DNA from: Chara braunii
Lineage: Eukaryota > Plantae > Charophyceae
NCBI GenBank assembly: GCA_003427395.1
Contig: BFEA01000023.1
Location: 2,716,000-2,762,671 of the forward strand
Reading direction: 5' to 3'
Length of the DNA stretch: 46,672 nt
Each line of letters opens with the position of its first letter. Position 1 is the stretch's first letter. The notes beneath the pieces are model-generated. The model was not told where the DNA came from. It did no database searches and saw only the letters and a program-made list of their open reading frames with translations. This document shows, piece after piece, positions 12,492 through 24,800 of this stretch. A program made the position numbers and the translations under genes.

Positions 12492-15400
12492 AATCAGGGT
12501 CTTAACCTGGAATGTCAGAGGTTTTGGAGACACAGCCAAAAAGTCTTAAAAAGCTAGATTTAAAGTCTGGTTTCATAAAGAAAACATCCAAATAGCCTGT
12601 ATTCAGGAAACGAAATTGAATTATGACAAGCTGCGGGATATCCATCGCTGGTGGGACGGACCTCAGATATGGTCCCCTGCAGTAGGGTCAAAGGGGGGCG
12701 TTGCAATTTTGGTATCTAAGGATCTATAGATATTGACGTCATTGATTCCTATGCTGACCACGAGGGCCGGTGGGCCTGGCTGGAATTTACTATCAAAGAC
12801 GAGGATTGGGCGGTTATGACAGTATATGCCCCAGTGCATTACGGTGACAGAATTGCTTTCTTTGATAATTTGATTACGAAGACTCCGGATGTGGAAAATT
12901 TGATTATCACTGGGGATTGGAACACAGCTCTAAACCCAGGTTTGGACACAGTGCGTTCAACCCCGCTTAGGGCTAATTCACTCAGATTATCCTCCTTTTG
13001 TCAAACACAAAGTCTGACTGACGTGTACAGGGTCTTTAATCCTCTGGCAAATGGATACACGTGGTTTGGGACCCCCCAAACTCTCATACTTCGGGCCCGA
13101 TGAAAAGGCTAGACTTCTTTCTTGTTCAGGGCACTCCTTGGGATAGGAGTACATGGTGTGACGTGATTCCGGCTTCTGTGTCTGATCACCACCCCGTGGT
13201 ACTAGACATCATTTCCAGAGAAATACTGGACCGACACAGGCCCCCATTGAGGCTTAACATTAATCTTCTGAAGGACCCAGGAATTCTCCGTTGGGTCCAA
13301 ACCCATATGGAGAAATGGGGAGAGGCTAAGGACCTATTCCGGGCTCTCCTGGAGTGGGCGGACACAGGTATAGCCATCATTAGGCACGGTCTGATCACCT
13401 TCTCGATAATGAAGGCGACAAGGAGAAACTGGAAAGAAAGCACATTGCTCCAATCAATAACTCAAGCTGAGGCGGGGATGGGTAATGACCCCTTCTCTGA
13501 TTATTATTGGGCTAAAATCAGAAGCGAGGCTTTGGCTCAATTGGAGGATTTGGAAATACAAAAACAAACAAAATGGACAGAATTTCTGCAATTGAGGAAT
13601 ATTATAGGCTATAATAAGATGACTAAGATGACTTTTCGTACATTGTTAATTAGGCAAAGTCACTCGCCTATTAGGGAATTTTTACATCCATTTGATAAGT
13701 CAGCCCCTCCTGCATTGGATACAGTCCAGATGTGCCCATATGCGTTAGAATATTTTAGAGACATTGTCTCCACTAAACGGCCGTTAGATCACCCCCAACT
13801 AGATCTCTCTGAAAACTCTACCTTTTGGGACCAATCTCAGTATGCCATCTCTAGAGCGTTGGCTGAAGAACTGGACAGACCCATAGAGGAACTAGAACTC
13901 CTTAAGGCAGCCAAAGCCATGGCCAAGGGCAAATATCCTGGCCTGGATGGCCTTCCCATATAATTTTTTTAATCTACCTGGGGGGTCTGGGCTCCCTTCC
14001 TTTGCGAAATTTACAATCAGGCACGTACGACAGGGAAGCTCCCCAAGGGGTTTACCCAAGGGATGATCTCCTTGTTATATAAAAAAGGGGATGAACGCGA
14101 AGTTAAAAACTGGCGTCTTATTTCGGTCTTAAATGTTACATATAAGCTGATGGCTAAAACTTTGGCGTTACGATTGGCCGAACTCCTCCCAAGCCTGATT
14201 GGAATGGAACAGGGGGCTTTTGTTAAAGGTCGGTTTATATTCGATAATATTTTGTCTACGATTCAAACCCTAGAAATCATGGATAAAGAGAAAAGGGATG
14301 TGGCCATCCTTCTCCTTGATATGGAGAAGGCGTATGACAAAGTTGGATGGTGTTTTGTTCACACCACTCTAAGAAAAATGGGGTTTGGCCCAACATTCCG
14401 TACATGGGTCAGTGCAAGTTATGAACAAGCTTCTTCCATGGTGATTGTGAATGGCAGACTTTCAGAGGAATTCAAATTAACACGGTCCCTGAGACAGGGC
14501 TGTCTTTTAGCTCCGCTTCTGTTCGTTTTACAATTAGAAGTTCTGTTAGCAAATATTAGGCGTAATCCTGCTGTGTCAGGTCTAAAACTATCCCATGGTT
14601 TATAATAGAAGGGGGGTGCTTTAGCTGACGACCTAACTGTCGCCTGCGAAAACAATCCGACTGCATTGAATGAATTGAAACTTATTATTGACTCTTATTG
14701 TAACTTATCGAAAACCTCCATCAATTGGGAAAAATCGGTTTATTTTCTCCCCCCTCCCCAGGTGTTGAGTGTGGACTGGGGCCCCAAGCAGATACCTACA
14801 GAGGTGTCAGATCGTTTCCTTGGAGTTCAGGTCTCTCTGTCAGATTGCTCTGAACACCAAGATGTAATTTTGGCGGATAAAGTTTCTGCCCGCATTGCAG
14901 GGTGGGCTCATAACTTCAAATTGGCCCTGTTTGGCAGGGTTTCGGTTTTAACTGCGGCAGCCCTTTCAGTTTTGTGGTTTCCTTTATATGTCCATCGGCT
15001 GAGTAAACGAGCTTATAATCAAATTAAGAGGGATGTGGCACACTTTCTTTGGAAGCCCAGTGCATCAACTCAACAAAGATTTATCTGGAAGGTTGCATGG
15101 GATTCAGTGGCGTGCTCCAGAACCCAAGGGGGTCTGGGTATACTGGACCCAGTCCAACAGAACCTGGTTCTCCTATCAAAATAGATTATTGCAGCAGCAT
15201 TTGGTTTCAGAACCAAACTCTGGTTCAATTAGCAGAATATTTGCTTATGAAGGAATGGTCCCTGAGAGAACGGAGGATGTATGGACCTGCTGCTTTATTC
15301 AGTCTTACACACTTCGCAGACCCAGGATTTGGCACACCATTCTGAGAAATTGTTCCCTCAAGTTTGGCTCCCCCTTCTACAAGAAGAAAAGTCCTTAAAT

Positions 15401-16695
15401 CAAATTATCTTTGAAAATGAGTACATTAAGACACACGAAGGGTTGACCTATAAGGCAGATGGGACTACGGGCTCTTTTGTGAAAGCCTGGATTAAGAAAG
15501 GGGTGATTCAAATCGAAGATATTTGGGACGAAGAGGCAGAATCGTAGCTGTCACCTGCTCACCTTAGACTCAAGTTCCCTCGTCTGCGAAATGTAGAGGC
15601 TAACTACAGACAAATACTATCTAGCATCCCTACTTATTGGCTGAATCTCCTCCCACGCTCAGTGGAGTATGTAGCAGGTTCCTGGGTTCGGGACCCTGGG
15701 TTAGTTCTGAAATATTGAGGATAATTGGTCCAGAGATCCCCCATGGGATAAAGGTTCAGGTTTGGAAACGATGTTTTAGTTCTGTGCTCCCGGGTAAGTT
15801 GGGTTTTGTGGAAGAGTGTGTGATTGACACTTCAATAGGTCTCCTTGAATGCAGGGTACAGAGAGGCAGTCCAGTAGGAAAGGAAAAGACTGTGCTGATT
15901 TCAGATGATGCCTCTCAACTGAAGATTGAACCTCTACTGTGCGGGTGGAAGGGAATCATGGGGCCAGACTCCTTTACACCAGTAATAAACTACTCAACTA
16001 AAATCAGAGTCCAAGTTCAGAGATCCACAGTGGTAAAACAACTGGTGGTTACGACATCAGAAAGATTATCTAAGGAGTCGGGTTTCTCATTGGGTGATGT
16101 AGACCTTTTTGCTTTGTGGAAAGGTCTAAAATCTTTGACTTGTCAAAAGCATGCCAGCCTTTTATGGTTACAATCTCTGCTAGCGATACCCTCTGTTACC
16201 TGGTTGAACTCTAAAGGAATGGACATCAATACTAAGTGTGCTCGCTGTCAGTGGGGATGGGAGACAGCGGCCCATGTGTGGATGTACTGCCCATATTCCC
16301 TGCAAGTTTGGGAGTGGTGGAAAGAACGGTGGAAGGATATGGCTGGTGAACAGTTCTTATGGAGCCAAGATTGGTTTATATATGGTCTGGCCCAGGCGGG
16401 CTCAGACTTCTCTTCTGGTTGGCCTTACGTGGCCCTAACCTGCAGAGGAGTGGTTATGGAAGCCCTGTGGAAATTGTGCAACGAAGCAACATTCAAGTCG
16501 AAACCTCATAATTTCCATAGCCAGAAAGTTGTCGTTCTGTCCTCATTGAAACAGATAATCCGATGTGGCTGGTACAACTCCATCAGACACCCCCGAAAAG
16601 GGCGTATCTGGTTTGCACAAACATGGGGCAAATGTACTAATGCCATATCAATTTCTCCGGACTGAAAGCTCGTGTTCAAAAATTGGTCCTTATAA
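12475..16695 (+). pseudogene. LINE-A ORF2 (APE endonuclease, reverse transcriptase, zf-RVT), multiple stops and frameshifts
   Basis: EN motifs TWNVRG, IQETK, GDWN, RLDFFL, SDH; RT motifs PGLDG, LLDMEKAYDKV, LRQGC, LADD; C-terminal CARC...ETAAHVWMYC. Confidence 0.93.
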
Positions 16696-17009
16696 GAGTC
16701 GCGGGTCGGTGTTAGATCGTCTTAGATCGTCAGAGCTTACAAGCAAGGCGCTTTAGCCCTGAGTTCAATAACTGTTTAGTTTGCCTGGTCATGTATTTGA
16801 TGAAATTACAAGTAGAATCTCTTTAGATGTTTGTTTTATAGATGTAGTTTCAATTTTGGTAGATAAAAGAGATTTGGCATTGAATTTGGTATATTTCTAG
16901 TTTGGATGGAAGATTTCTTTGTTTCGGGTTTCGTTCTGGTTCCAAGAGAAGCGAATCTGGGTAAAGCTCCCAGAGGAATTGCTGTAGAGTTTGATATTTG
17001 GGTAGGATT

Positions 17010-17092
17010 AGTTTCTTAGGCGAATGACTTTAAGCTAAACTGGCTGATGCTGCCAGGATAACACCGGGTAGAATTGTGAGGTCCCCGGCCTC
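17010..17092 (+). ncRNA. Conserved structured 3'-UTR motif, LINE-A copy
   Basis: 67/84 columns identical (hand alignment) to 26444-26526; hairpins CTGGC-tgatgct-GCCAG and GAGGT-ccccg-GCCTC. Confidence 0.6.
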
Positions 17093-17322
17093 GTTTGCTT
17101 TTGGAGAAATATAACGGAAGGGGCTTAAAAAAAAATAAAAAAAAAAATAAAAAAATAAAAAAAATTGAAGCCTTCTATTTGCCAGAGCTGCCTCACCGAA
17201 GGTTCAGAGGTTCGAAGGCAGAGCACATACCATTGTTGTTTATTTATACTGTGGGATCCTGCTACTGCGTAAGTTATTTAGTTATTGCTTCCAGACTACT
17301 GTCGTAGGTGAGCCTTAGATAA

Positions 17323-17387
17323 TTGGTGCTGGAGAATATTATTTTTTATTTATTTATTTTTTTATTTTTTTGGTGCTGGAGAATATT
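17323..17387 (-). mobile_element. Solo poly(A) retro-insertion with 18-bp TSD
   Basis: TTGGTGCTGGAGAATATT at 17323-17340 and 17370-17387 flanks a 29-bp T-rich tract (17341-17369). Confidence 0.75.
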
Positions 17388-18470
17388 GTTATAGCTAAGC
17401 CAATGTTGTTGGCGGAAAAAAGATGGAGGTCAATGCATTGTCGGAAAGGGACGAGCGGCGTTAGCGGGCGGGTAGCGTTAGCGCTCCGCTGACGGCCGTC
17501 GCCGAACGCGAATAGCGCGTTGGGCGCTACCAGGGCGCTTCTCCCGCCGTCGTGACGGGAAACGGTGAACGCGCTGCGCTCTTCCTCTTCGGGAGAGGGG
17601 CTTTGCCTGTACGAGGTGTCGTCCCCTTGGTAGTCTTAGGGCAGGAGTAGGGTAGGAAGTTACTGGCGATGGAGAATGTTTTGTGTGGTGTTTTCAAAAT
17701 TTAATCTCCAGCTATCGTTGAAGGAGGGGTAATAGAACTTCAGTCCAAGATCAGTATACCCGGGACTCATACAGGGTAGCGGGTGGAAGCTGGCAATGGT
17801 CACAACCCAGTGGTGAAATACGATGGAATTGGGCAGTTGTTACTGTTGATGGTGAATGCTCCCAGCGATGCTCGCAGAGTGTACATATCTGCGGTCATCG
17901 AGAGGGGGAAAAGGGATCGCTTGTCTTCTGTTTTGCTGGATGTTACACACAAATATGGGTGGATGCGGGGAGTATTTGGCGTCCAGGAGAAACATCTGGA
18001 GTGTAGTTTGCCTTACCGCCCTTCCTCGGATAAGGTAAATCGTTCGAGTTATCCGAGGTCACCAATTTTACCAGGTGGCGAGGCAACATTTAGCTTTTTC
18101 GACTTTGTGGCTCGAGATCGAAACTGAAGGCTGTTCTTACTGGTATACAGATAGGGTACAGGGCGGCACTCTGAAGGGCAAAGTGGACAGGCGACGGAGA
18201 GTTGTGATTCAGTTGGAGCTGACGGCGAATTATCACCGGGTTCATAGTAAGTTCTCGAATTCTGTGCACAAGTTTTGACACGATTGTACTCTAGGCTTCG
18301 CCGACCGGGATTGGGAGCCAGGGACTAGGTGTCTAACGGGGAAAGACGGTGTGATACATAATTCGTGTTGGATCGTTGGCCAGGTTAAGAGGGTTGGATA
18401 GGTTAAACATCGGGGGTGTATCGGACTGGTCCGAGGAGGATTGCCTGTCCGCCTATGAGGGCTGATGATT

Positions 18471-18764
18471 ACGGAGGTCAGAGATAGTAAGGCACTTCGT
18501 GAACATTGGCCTGGTAATTGTTGGGCTATGTTTTGCTTCAAATCTTGCAGTTTCGAACGATTCAGCAGTTAAGATTGTTTTGGCGTGGCTTTGAAGGTGG
18601 CCCCTTGGAGTAAGAACACGGAAGTCGGAGATAATAAGGCACTTCGTAAACATTCGCTTGGAAATTGTTAGGATATGTTATGCTTTAAATCTTGCAGATT
18701 CGAACGATTCAACAGTTAAGTTTGTTTTGGCGTGGCTTTGAAGGTGGCACCTTGGATTAAGAAC
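18471..18764 (+). repeat. 147-bp tandem duplication in the LINE-B 5' region
   Basis: acgga.gtc.gagata.taaggcacttcgt...ggctttgaaggtggc.ccttgga.taagaac at 18471-18617 and 18618-18764. Confidence 0.92.
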
Positions 18765-19184
18765 AATCATACACGCATCATCAGTAGATGTGGACCCGAA
18801 TTTGGTTGGTTAACGCTTATTCCCTACGCAGATAGAGATTGGGTCCTGCCTCGTCGGTTACTCGGTAACAATTTGTCCGAGTTAGTTGCAGTCCTGGTGT
18901 TCCCTCCCGACTAGCAAAGAATCGGTTTAGCTGGCGATCTCGGAAGCGTAGGTAGGATCTGAACTGGAGTTTCCCGTCTGCAATAGTAAACAGGGTGTCG
19001 GGGAGAGAGCGGGACAATTTGTACACTTAAGGGTCATGCACAGTGAGTCATTGTCCAGTGCCGGCAGGTCCGGTCAAAGTCCGAGATCAATTCTGTTCAA
19101 ATAGTGGCCAGTTCTACCTAAGCTCTCACCTCCCATCAAACGCAAAAGGCAATCTTCAGGTGTGCTCCGAGGGCAAGGGCGGCA

Positions 19185-21877
19185 ATGGAAGGGGTCCCGA
19201 GAGCGGGGCAGTCCCAGCAGCGTCCGGTCCCCATGACTATTGACGAAAACCGGTCCAGGGTACGCGAATCTATTAGCCAATGCTATGACGAAGGGGTATG
19301 CCCAGACGACCTATGTGTAGGCGAGGTGGTGGAAGATGGGGAAGGGAAGAGGTTTGTAGTAAACAAGATGGTCAACGAGGTGAAAGATCAGTTCCTGAAG
19401 GAGCGTTCGGTCCTAGTAATTTTCTAGGGGGAGGCTCGCAACCTCACCAGACAAGTTAAGGAGGACCTGATACGGGCATACGAAGATGGGTGGACAGCGA
19501 AGAGGCTGTTCGAACCAGGTGCTAGGAAGGGCCGGGTGAAATTCGAAGGCACTAATGTCGCTTCGTACGTTGCAAAAGCCAAGGAAATCGCAGACTGGCT
19601 ACTGCAGGAAGGGGAACTGAAGATCAAATTGGAACAGAAGGAGTACTCAGTCCTCTTCAAACCACGATTATCCAAGTTGGAGATGCAGAGCGCCCGTATA
19701 CAAGAGGCAGCCATGAAGTTTTGGATAATGGCGCTGAGAGTACCGCTGAAAGCGTACTACTATCTGTTGAGCGCAGTCAAGGGAATCTTTGGAGAAGTCC
19801 TTGCAGTGCAGAGCCCAAAGTATGACAGGGATTGGCCGAAACTGATGAACGTGAAGTTCGACATTCCGTCAGATGCGCGGTACCTCATAGATGATGAACT
19901 GGTAATTGAATCTCCAGGAGGTGAAAGGTGGAAAGTAAAGATAGTATCTCCCTACACTGATTGGTGTCGAAGATGTAGGTGGTACTACCATACGAAGGAG
20001 AACTGCCCACGACGGCGGAACGACGAAGCTCGAAAGGTAAACGGAGCCCGACAGGGGGGTCACAGAGCGTGGTTTCAAGAGCTGGTCCTGAGTCAGGTCA
20101 GACCAGATAGGGAGGAAGGGGGAGGAGGAGAGGAGAGAGCCCGGCCCCAGGAGCCAGCCTCGCATTCTTTTGCAGCGCAAGGTGAGCTCAAACGCACGTC
20201 TGAACAGAGCTCACATCCAGTTCGCCAAGATACACATGGACAGCGAAGCTGGAATGCAGCTCCGGTCACGCAGCAGCCACATGGCCGGGGGGATCCTTCA
20301 CGAGAGTTCAGCAACAGAGATCTTCCAGGTGGCGCGTCAGGGGGGTACCAGCCCCCCCCCCGAGGGGGGGAAGACGGGTGTTGGCATCAGAACCTGTCCG
20401 GTCAGGGCTCGGAGCCCCAGAGGTCTCTTCCTGAGTGGAACAGGGAGCAAGTTTGGAGAAATGAACCGGTCAAGGGCCCAGGTCCGTCGCTTCTACCCCC
20501 CGGCAACCAAGAGAAGATTGGGCAGGTGGTAGGGGTCTCCCGCACAGGGAATTGCCCATGGAACGCTGTACTTATAGTCTGAACAGGCAGGATTTTCCCC
20601 TCCTGTATGGGCTTCCGGAAGAGGAAATATTCTATAAGCAGCAGCAGTACCAGCCTCAGCCAATCCACCAACGAAGCGAAGTGTATGAGGTGGGCCAGTG
20701 CCTGGTAGAGCAGCCGCAACCAGGATATCCGTCTGATAGCTACGACTGGAGACACCTGGCACCTCCTCGGCCGGACAGATGCTCTCAACATCATGAAGGG
20801 GCTAGGTGGGAAGGAGGCGGAGCCGTATTCAGACGTAGACAAAGCAGCTCATCCTCGCGTTGGTCCTCGTGGAAGGAGGAGAATTGGAGGCAGAAAGGAA
20901 CCGGTAACGGACCCTGGAGACAAGGGCAAAGTCACCCATTCTCACCAGTAAGAGAGGAGGAAGATGTGGCTCAAGGGGGCGGAGGGGGTGAAGGAGGAGG
21001 AGGAGGGGTAGATCCGGGTAGTCTTCAACCAGATATATCTCGACTGAGGGACGAATTATCGAAGACGTCGGTCACCTCACGGTCAAGAGTGAGGTGGGGC
21101 AGTGAATGTGAGGAAGACCTCGAAAGGACAGGAAGACCGAACTCAGCCTCTTTGCTGGACAACTCAGCTGGGTCGGGTCACAAACAAGAGGTCGAGGCAC
21201 AAAAAGGTTCAGTTAGAATTAGGAGAGCAGAGGCAGTGGGTAGAAACTAGATGGAATCAATGCAGAGGCGGTTAGTACCCCTGCTATGCACACACACAGA
21301 CAGGGGTGTATTCTTCCTGGCAACAGCAGATGGTAATGGACCTTTCCTCCCTTCGGCAGAGGTGGACTGCTCCCCTACTCCGACGAAAATCCTCGAATAT
21401 ACGAGAAGGTTATATGGTGAACACGTGTCAGTCAAAATCATTCCACATTCTACGATGGCTAGCATTATTTGTGAGACTGTAGAGGGGTATAGGAAAATGT
21501 ATTTTCCATTACTAGACGCTCGCATACCAGCAGAATCTGTCGAGGTCCTGGCGCAAGCTGGGTTTCTTTGGTACCACAACAGTCTGATCCAAGTGGACCA
21601 GGCTAATGAGTTGGATTCCATTAGGATCCTTCCGGGGGTGTCCGCTGCGGCACTGATAACAGTTAACGAGAAGCTGCTCCAGGAGGAGGATTTCCATTCA
21701 GAATTTCTAAGAGCCAGTCTGACTGAGGAATGGTGTTCAGTGTCTCATACCAGCTCCTCCAGAGGAAGCTCGAGGATCCAGAACTCGAGAAACTCCTTGC
21801 GTAGGCAAGCACAGTCCGTTGCTCAGGGTTCAATCCGCATCCAAGCGAACGCGGTGACAGATGGCACTAATGGATAG
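19185..21877 (+). pseudogene. LINE-B ORF1 (CCHC knuckle WCRRCRWYYHTKENC, disordered linker, C-terminal domain)
   Basis: In-frame TAG at 19425 and 21248, frameshift near 20550; homologous to LINE-A ORF1. Confidence 0.87.
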
Positions 21878-24800
21878 GCTGAGAATGATAACTTGGAACT
21901 TTTTGGGCCTTGGGGATTCCAATGGGAGGGATAAGAGGAGAAGGTTGAAGTCTTGGCTACACGCTGTGTGATGTTGCAGGAAACAAAGTTGAACAAGACG
22001 AAGATCAAGGAAATTGCTCATTGGTGGGAGGGCCCACAGATTTGGGCGCCAGCGCAGGGAACAAGGGGCGGGGTTTGTATTCTGTTGCACCGTGACCTGC
22101 AAGCAACGGTGATGGATGCAGAATCAGACATTTGGGGGAAGTGGGCCTGGATAAAGATCTTAATAGCAAACGAGGAATGACTCTTTATGACGGTGTACAC
22201 ACCAACAGACGTGGGGGAGAGAACGAGGTTTTTCTCGAAACTGGTGACGAATATCCCACCTGCAGAGAAGCTGATTATAGGGGGGGACTGGAACGTGTCC
22301 TTGGACGAAGCTTTGAGGAGTGGTTCTTCATGTGCAGATAGGAGCGACGTGAAGGCACTTTTGGAACTGTGCTGGGATCTGGAAGTGGTGGACCCATTCC
22401 CAATGCTGAATCCGGGTGAACCTGGTTTTACCTGGTTCTCCAACCTCTTCAGGAACAGACAGACAATAACCAGGAGGAGATTGGACTTCTTCTTGATGGG
22501 GGAAGTTATTCAGAATCGCTGTACATCGGTCAAACTGGGTTGCAGTCCCCTTTCGGACCACAAGTCGGTTACTGCAGGTATCCGCCTGTCAATAGATGGC
22601 TCCAGGGGGAGAGGCTTCTTCCGCCTTAACAGCCAGGTGCTTGAAGATCCTGGAGTGAACGAGTGGGTCTCCAGACACATGCAGAGTTGGGAGCATGCGC
22701 GGGGTCACTTTGAGTCTACCGCAGAGTGGATGGATGGTGGCTTAGCCATTACATCAGGCATACTCGACGTCATCTCCAGAATACTGGCAAGAGAAAGGAA
22801 CAAGAAGGAGGCGGGGTGCAAGCGGAGAGTGGAAGACGCGGAGGAGAGGTTGGACGGTCATCCCATTTCAGTGATGATGTGGGCAAAAGAAAGGGAAACT
22901 TAAGACGCATGAAGGAATGGGATATGCTGCAAGAGGAAAAACAGAAAAGGTGGAATGATATCTTGAAGGTAAAGAGTATTGAGTTTAACGACAAGATGAC
23001 CAAGGAGACCTTTCGAAATCTGCAACCGCGCAGTGCCGAACTGCAAATGGTAGAGCTTAGGCACCCGTTCGATGCCACAACCCCCTCAGCCTGTTCAGCC
23101 TCAGGCATGTTGCAGTACGCTAGGCTATACTACAAGGATATTCTGACCACCAGGCGCACGCAAGGCAACAGGACCAAGGATCTGACAGAGGAATCGGACA
23201 TGTGGAGGGACACTAGGGTAAAGCTGCAAGTTACAGGGAGGCTGAACCTGGATCGTCCACTCACACTGGAGGAGACAACACAAACATTGAAGACAATGGC
23301 GAAAGGGAAATCCCCCGGGGTGGATGGCCTCTCGGTAGAATTTTACTCCGCCAATTGGGACGCGCTGGGACCCAAGCTAGTCGACTTGTACAATGAGGTA
23401 CTAACAGGGGCAAAGTTGGGCAAGGGGATGTCACATGGGGTTATTTCGGTTCTATTCAAGAAGGGCGACAAGGCTGAAGTCAGGAACTGGCGGCCAATTT
23501 CGCTGCTTAACGTGTCATACAAGATCCTTGCAAAATCGCTGGCGCGCAGACTTGCACAATACCTACCGGAGTTAGTGGAAGGGGATCAGGGCGCCTTTGT
23601 GAGGGGAAGATCAATCTTCAACAATATCGTGACGGCGATTGAGGTGTTGGAAGTAGTGCAAAGTGAAGGGATGGATATGGCGGTCCTTCTCCTAGACTTG
23701 GAGAAGGCGTATGATAAAGTGGGTTGGGCTTTCGTCCTCACTACGCTGAAGTGGATGGGGTTCAGAGAAGGATTCTGTGCATGGACCAAAGCCTTATACA
23801 CCTTTTCCACCTCGGCAGTCATGATCAATGGGCATCTGTCTGAACCCTTCGCTCTCTCAAGGTCTCTACGACAGGGCTGCCCGCTGGCTCCGCTCGTGTT
23901 TGTGCTGCAGTTGGAAGTTCTGATGAACAGGCTGCGAAGGCACCCGGACATCAGGGGCCTCCAACTGCACACGGGGGTGGAGTGTAAGGTCAAGGCGCTG
24001 GCAGACGACCTGCTGAGCATCAGTGAGAACACGGAAATATCCTTGGGAGCAATCAAATCAGTGCTGACCGAGTACTCTACGTTGTCCGAAGCAACAGTGA
24101 ATTGGAGCAAATCCACGTTCCTGCTCCCAACACAATTTGGTTTGAAGGTTGAATGGGGAATGAGAAGGGTAGGTGTAGGGGAGGAGGAAAGATTTTTGGG
24201 TGTGTTAATCAGTTTGCAAGTGGATGGGTTGGGCCAGGGTCTAATTTTGCAGCAGCAGATTTTCGCCAAACTGAGACTGTGGAACTTCACTGGGCACCTA
24301 TCAGTGGTAGGGAGAGCTCTAGTGGCCAATGTGGCCTTGTTCTCAATCATGTGGTTTGTTTCCACAGTAAAGGAGTTGGCCGAAGGAACAGTCAAAGTTG
24401 TCAAGAGATTGGTTGTCCGGTTCGTTTGGAACACACTCACCTTCCCACGTGTACAGGGCGGACTGGGTCTGCTAGACCCAGCAAGAAGAAGCCAGGCACA
24501 ACTGAGGAACTGGGTGGTAAAGGTGGCTACTATGAGAAGCACTGAACACTGGGTCACCTTAGCGGAGAGACTATCGATGAAGCAATGGGAGCTAAGTAGG
24601 CCGCAAGATGTCTGGGCCTGCTTCTTCATTCCGTCTTTTCGGAAGAAAAAACTCAAATCTGAATTTTGGGAACCTATCCGTAAGGCATGGCACCGTTGTC
24701 CCCCAGATGTGCAGAAACCCCCGTCCTCCAAAGAAGAGGTCCTGAACCAGCTGTTGTTTGAAAACCCGGCGTTCACAGACCCCTCCGGCGTGAAATTCTT

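Larger units (their letters stand above)
9500..17161 (+). mobile_element. LINE-A: full-length decayed L1/Tx1-clade non-LTR retrotransposon
   Basis: ORF1 plus EN-RT-zf ORF2; A-rich tail ~17128-17164; imperfect TSD AAATTGAGGCCT (9487-9498) / AAATTGAAGCCT (17162-17173); begins GAAAAAG. Confidence 0.92.

Noticed and set aside
17041-17075. CTGATG in the LINE 3' motif as a hammerhead core or snoRNA box C
   Set aside because: The sequence is CUGAUGC inside a hairpin, with no GAAA or box D partner.
23586-24776. 396-aa minus-strand ORF and other antisense ORFs over the LINEs
   Set aside because: Shadow frames of the RT/ORF1 coding strand with no independent motifs.
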